The position numbers and the translations under genes are program-made. From Somniosus microcephalus (Eukaryota): 64,000 nucleotides of DNA. This document shows, piece after piece, positions 63,671 through 64,000 of the stretch. How positions within the stretch are numbered: the stretch's first letter is position 1; each line of letters opens with the position of its first letter. Below the pieces are notes generated by a model, which saw only the letters and a program-made list of their open reading frames with translations, was not told where the DNA came from and did not search any database. The DNA lies in assembly GCA_052327205.1 (NCBI GenBank), contig CM126227.1, positions 41,168,001 to 41,232,000 on the forward strand, read 5' to 3'.

Positions 63671-63774
63671 TAACAGCAGGTCCAGGTTTCTAGCTTGGTT
63701 TGGTTTGGTTTGCCATGGCCTCAGTGAAACTGTGCAAAACAAACCATATCCAAGACCAAGCTGAACTTTTCTCA

Positions 63775-64000
63775 GAGTGCTTGGTTCAGAAGTAGCACTC
63801 TTGCCTTTGAGTCAGAAAGTTGTAGGTTCAACCACCACTTCAGGGCTTGAGCACATAGCCTAGTGCAGTGCTGAGGGAGTGCTGCATTGTTGTGGTGCTG
63901 TCTGTCGGATGAAATGTTAAACTGAGGCCCTGTCTGGCTGTTCAGGTAGGTGCAAAAGATCCCGTGGCACCTTTTCCAGAGAAGAGCAGGGAGTTCTCTC
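63775..64000 (+). mobile_element. Deu-domain SINE, 5' half (cut by window end)
   Basis: GAGTCAGAA...GCTGAGGGAGTGCTGCA...GAAGAGCAGGGAGTTCTC as in the 36728 copy. Confidence 0.8.

Overview
Eukaryotic, intron-rich vertebrate DNA. The repeat complement (HER1-like CR1 LINEs, Deu-domain SINEs, Penelope, Harbinger, RTE, Tx1) points to a cartilaginous fish, probably a shark (inference). The six-frame ORF track is mostly noise because the real genes are spliced. Two genes can be rebuilt by hand and they converge. (1) A complete TMEM218 on + (CpG promoter/exon 1 near 15.4 kb; coding exons 18401-18510, 20176-20281, 32420-32554; 116 aa). (2) The 3' end of a PDE9-family cGMP phosphodiesterase on - (five coding exons from 63288 down to 54022, plus a non-coding last exon). 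The window opens with the intact 3' end of a Gypsy retrotransposon and its LTR. Most notable: the PDE9 sits where a whole-genome-duplication paralogue of PDE9A, absent in human, would be expected. Other highlights are CTCF-like motifs inside LTRs, an 88-bp inverted templated insertion, a RORE-like minisatellite abutting the TMEM218 promoter, and an LF-SINE-like element. All family and synteny calls are from memory and need database confirmation. Repeat boundaries are approximate unless a TSD or TIR is given.
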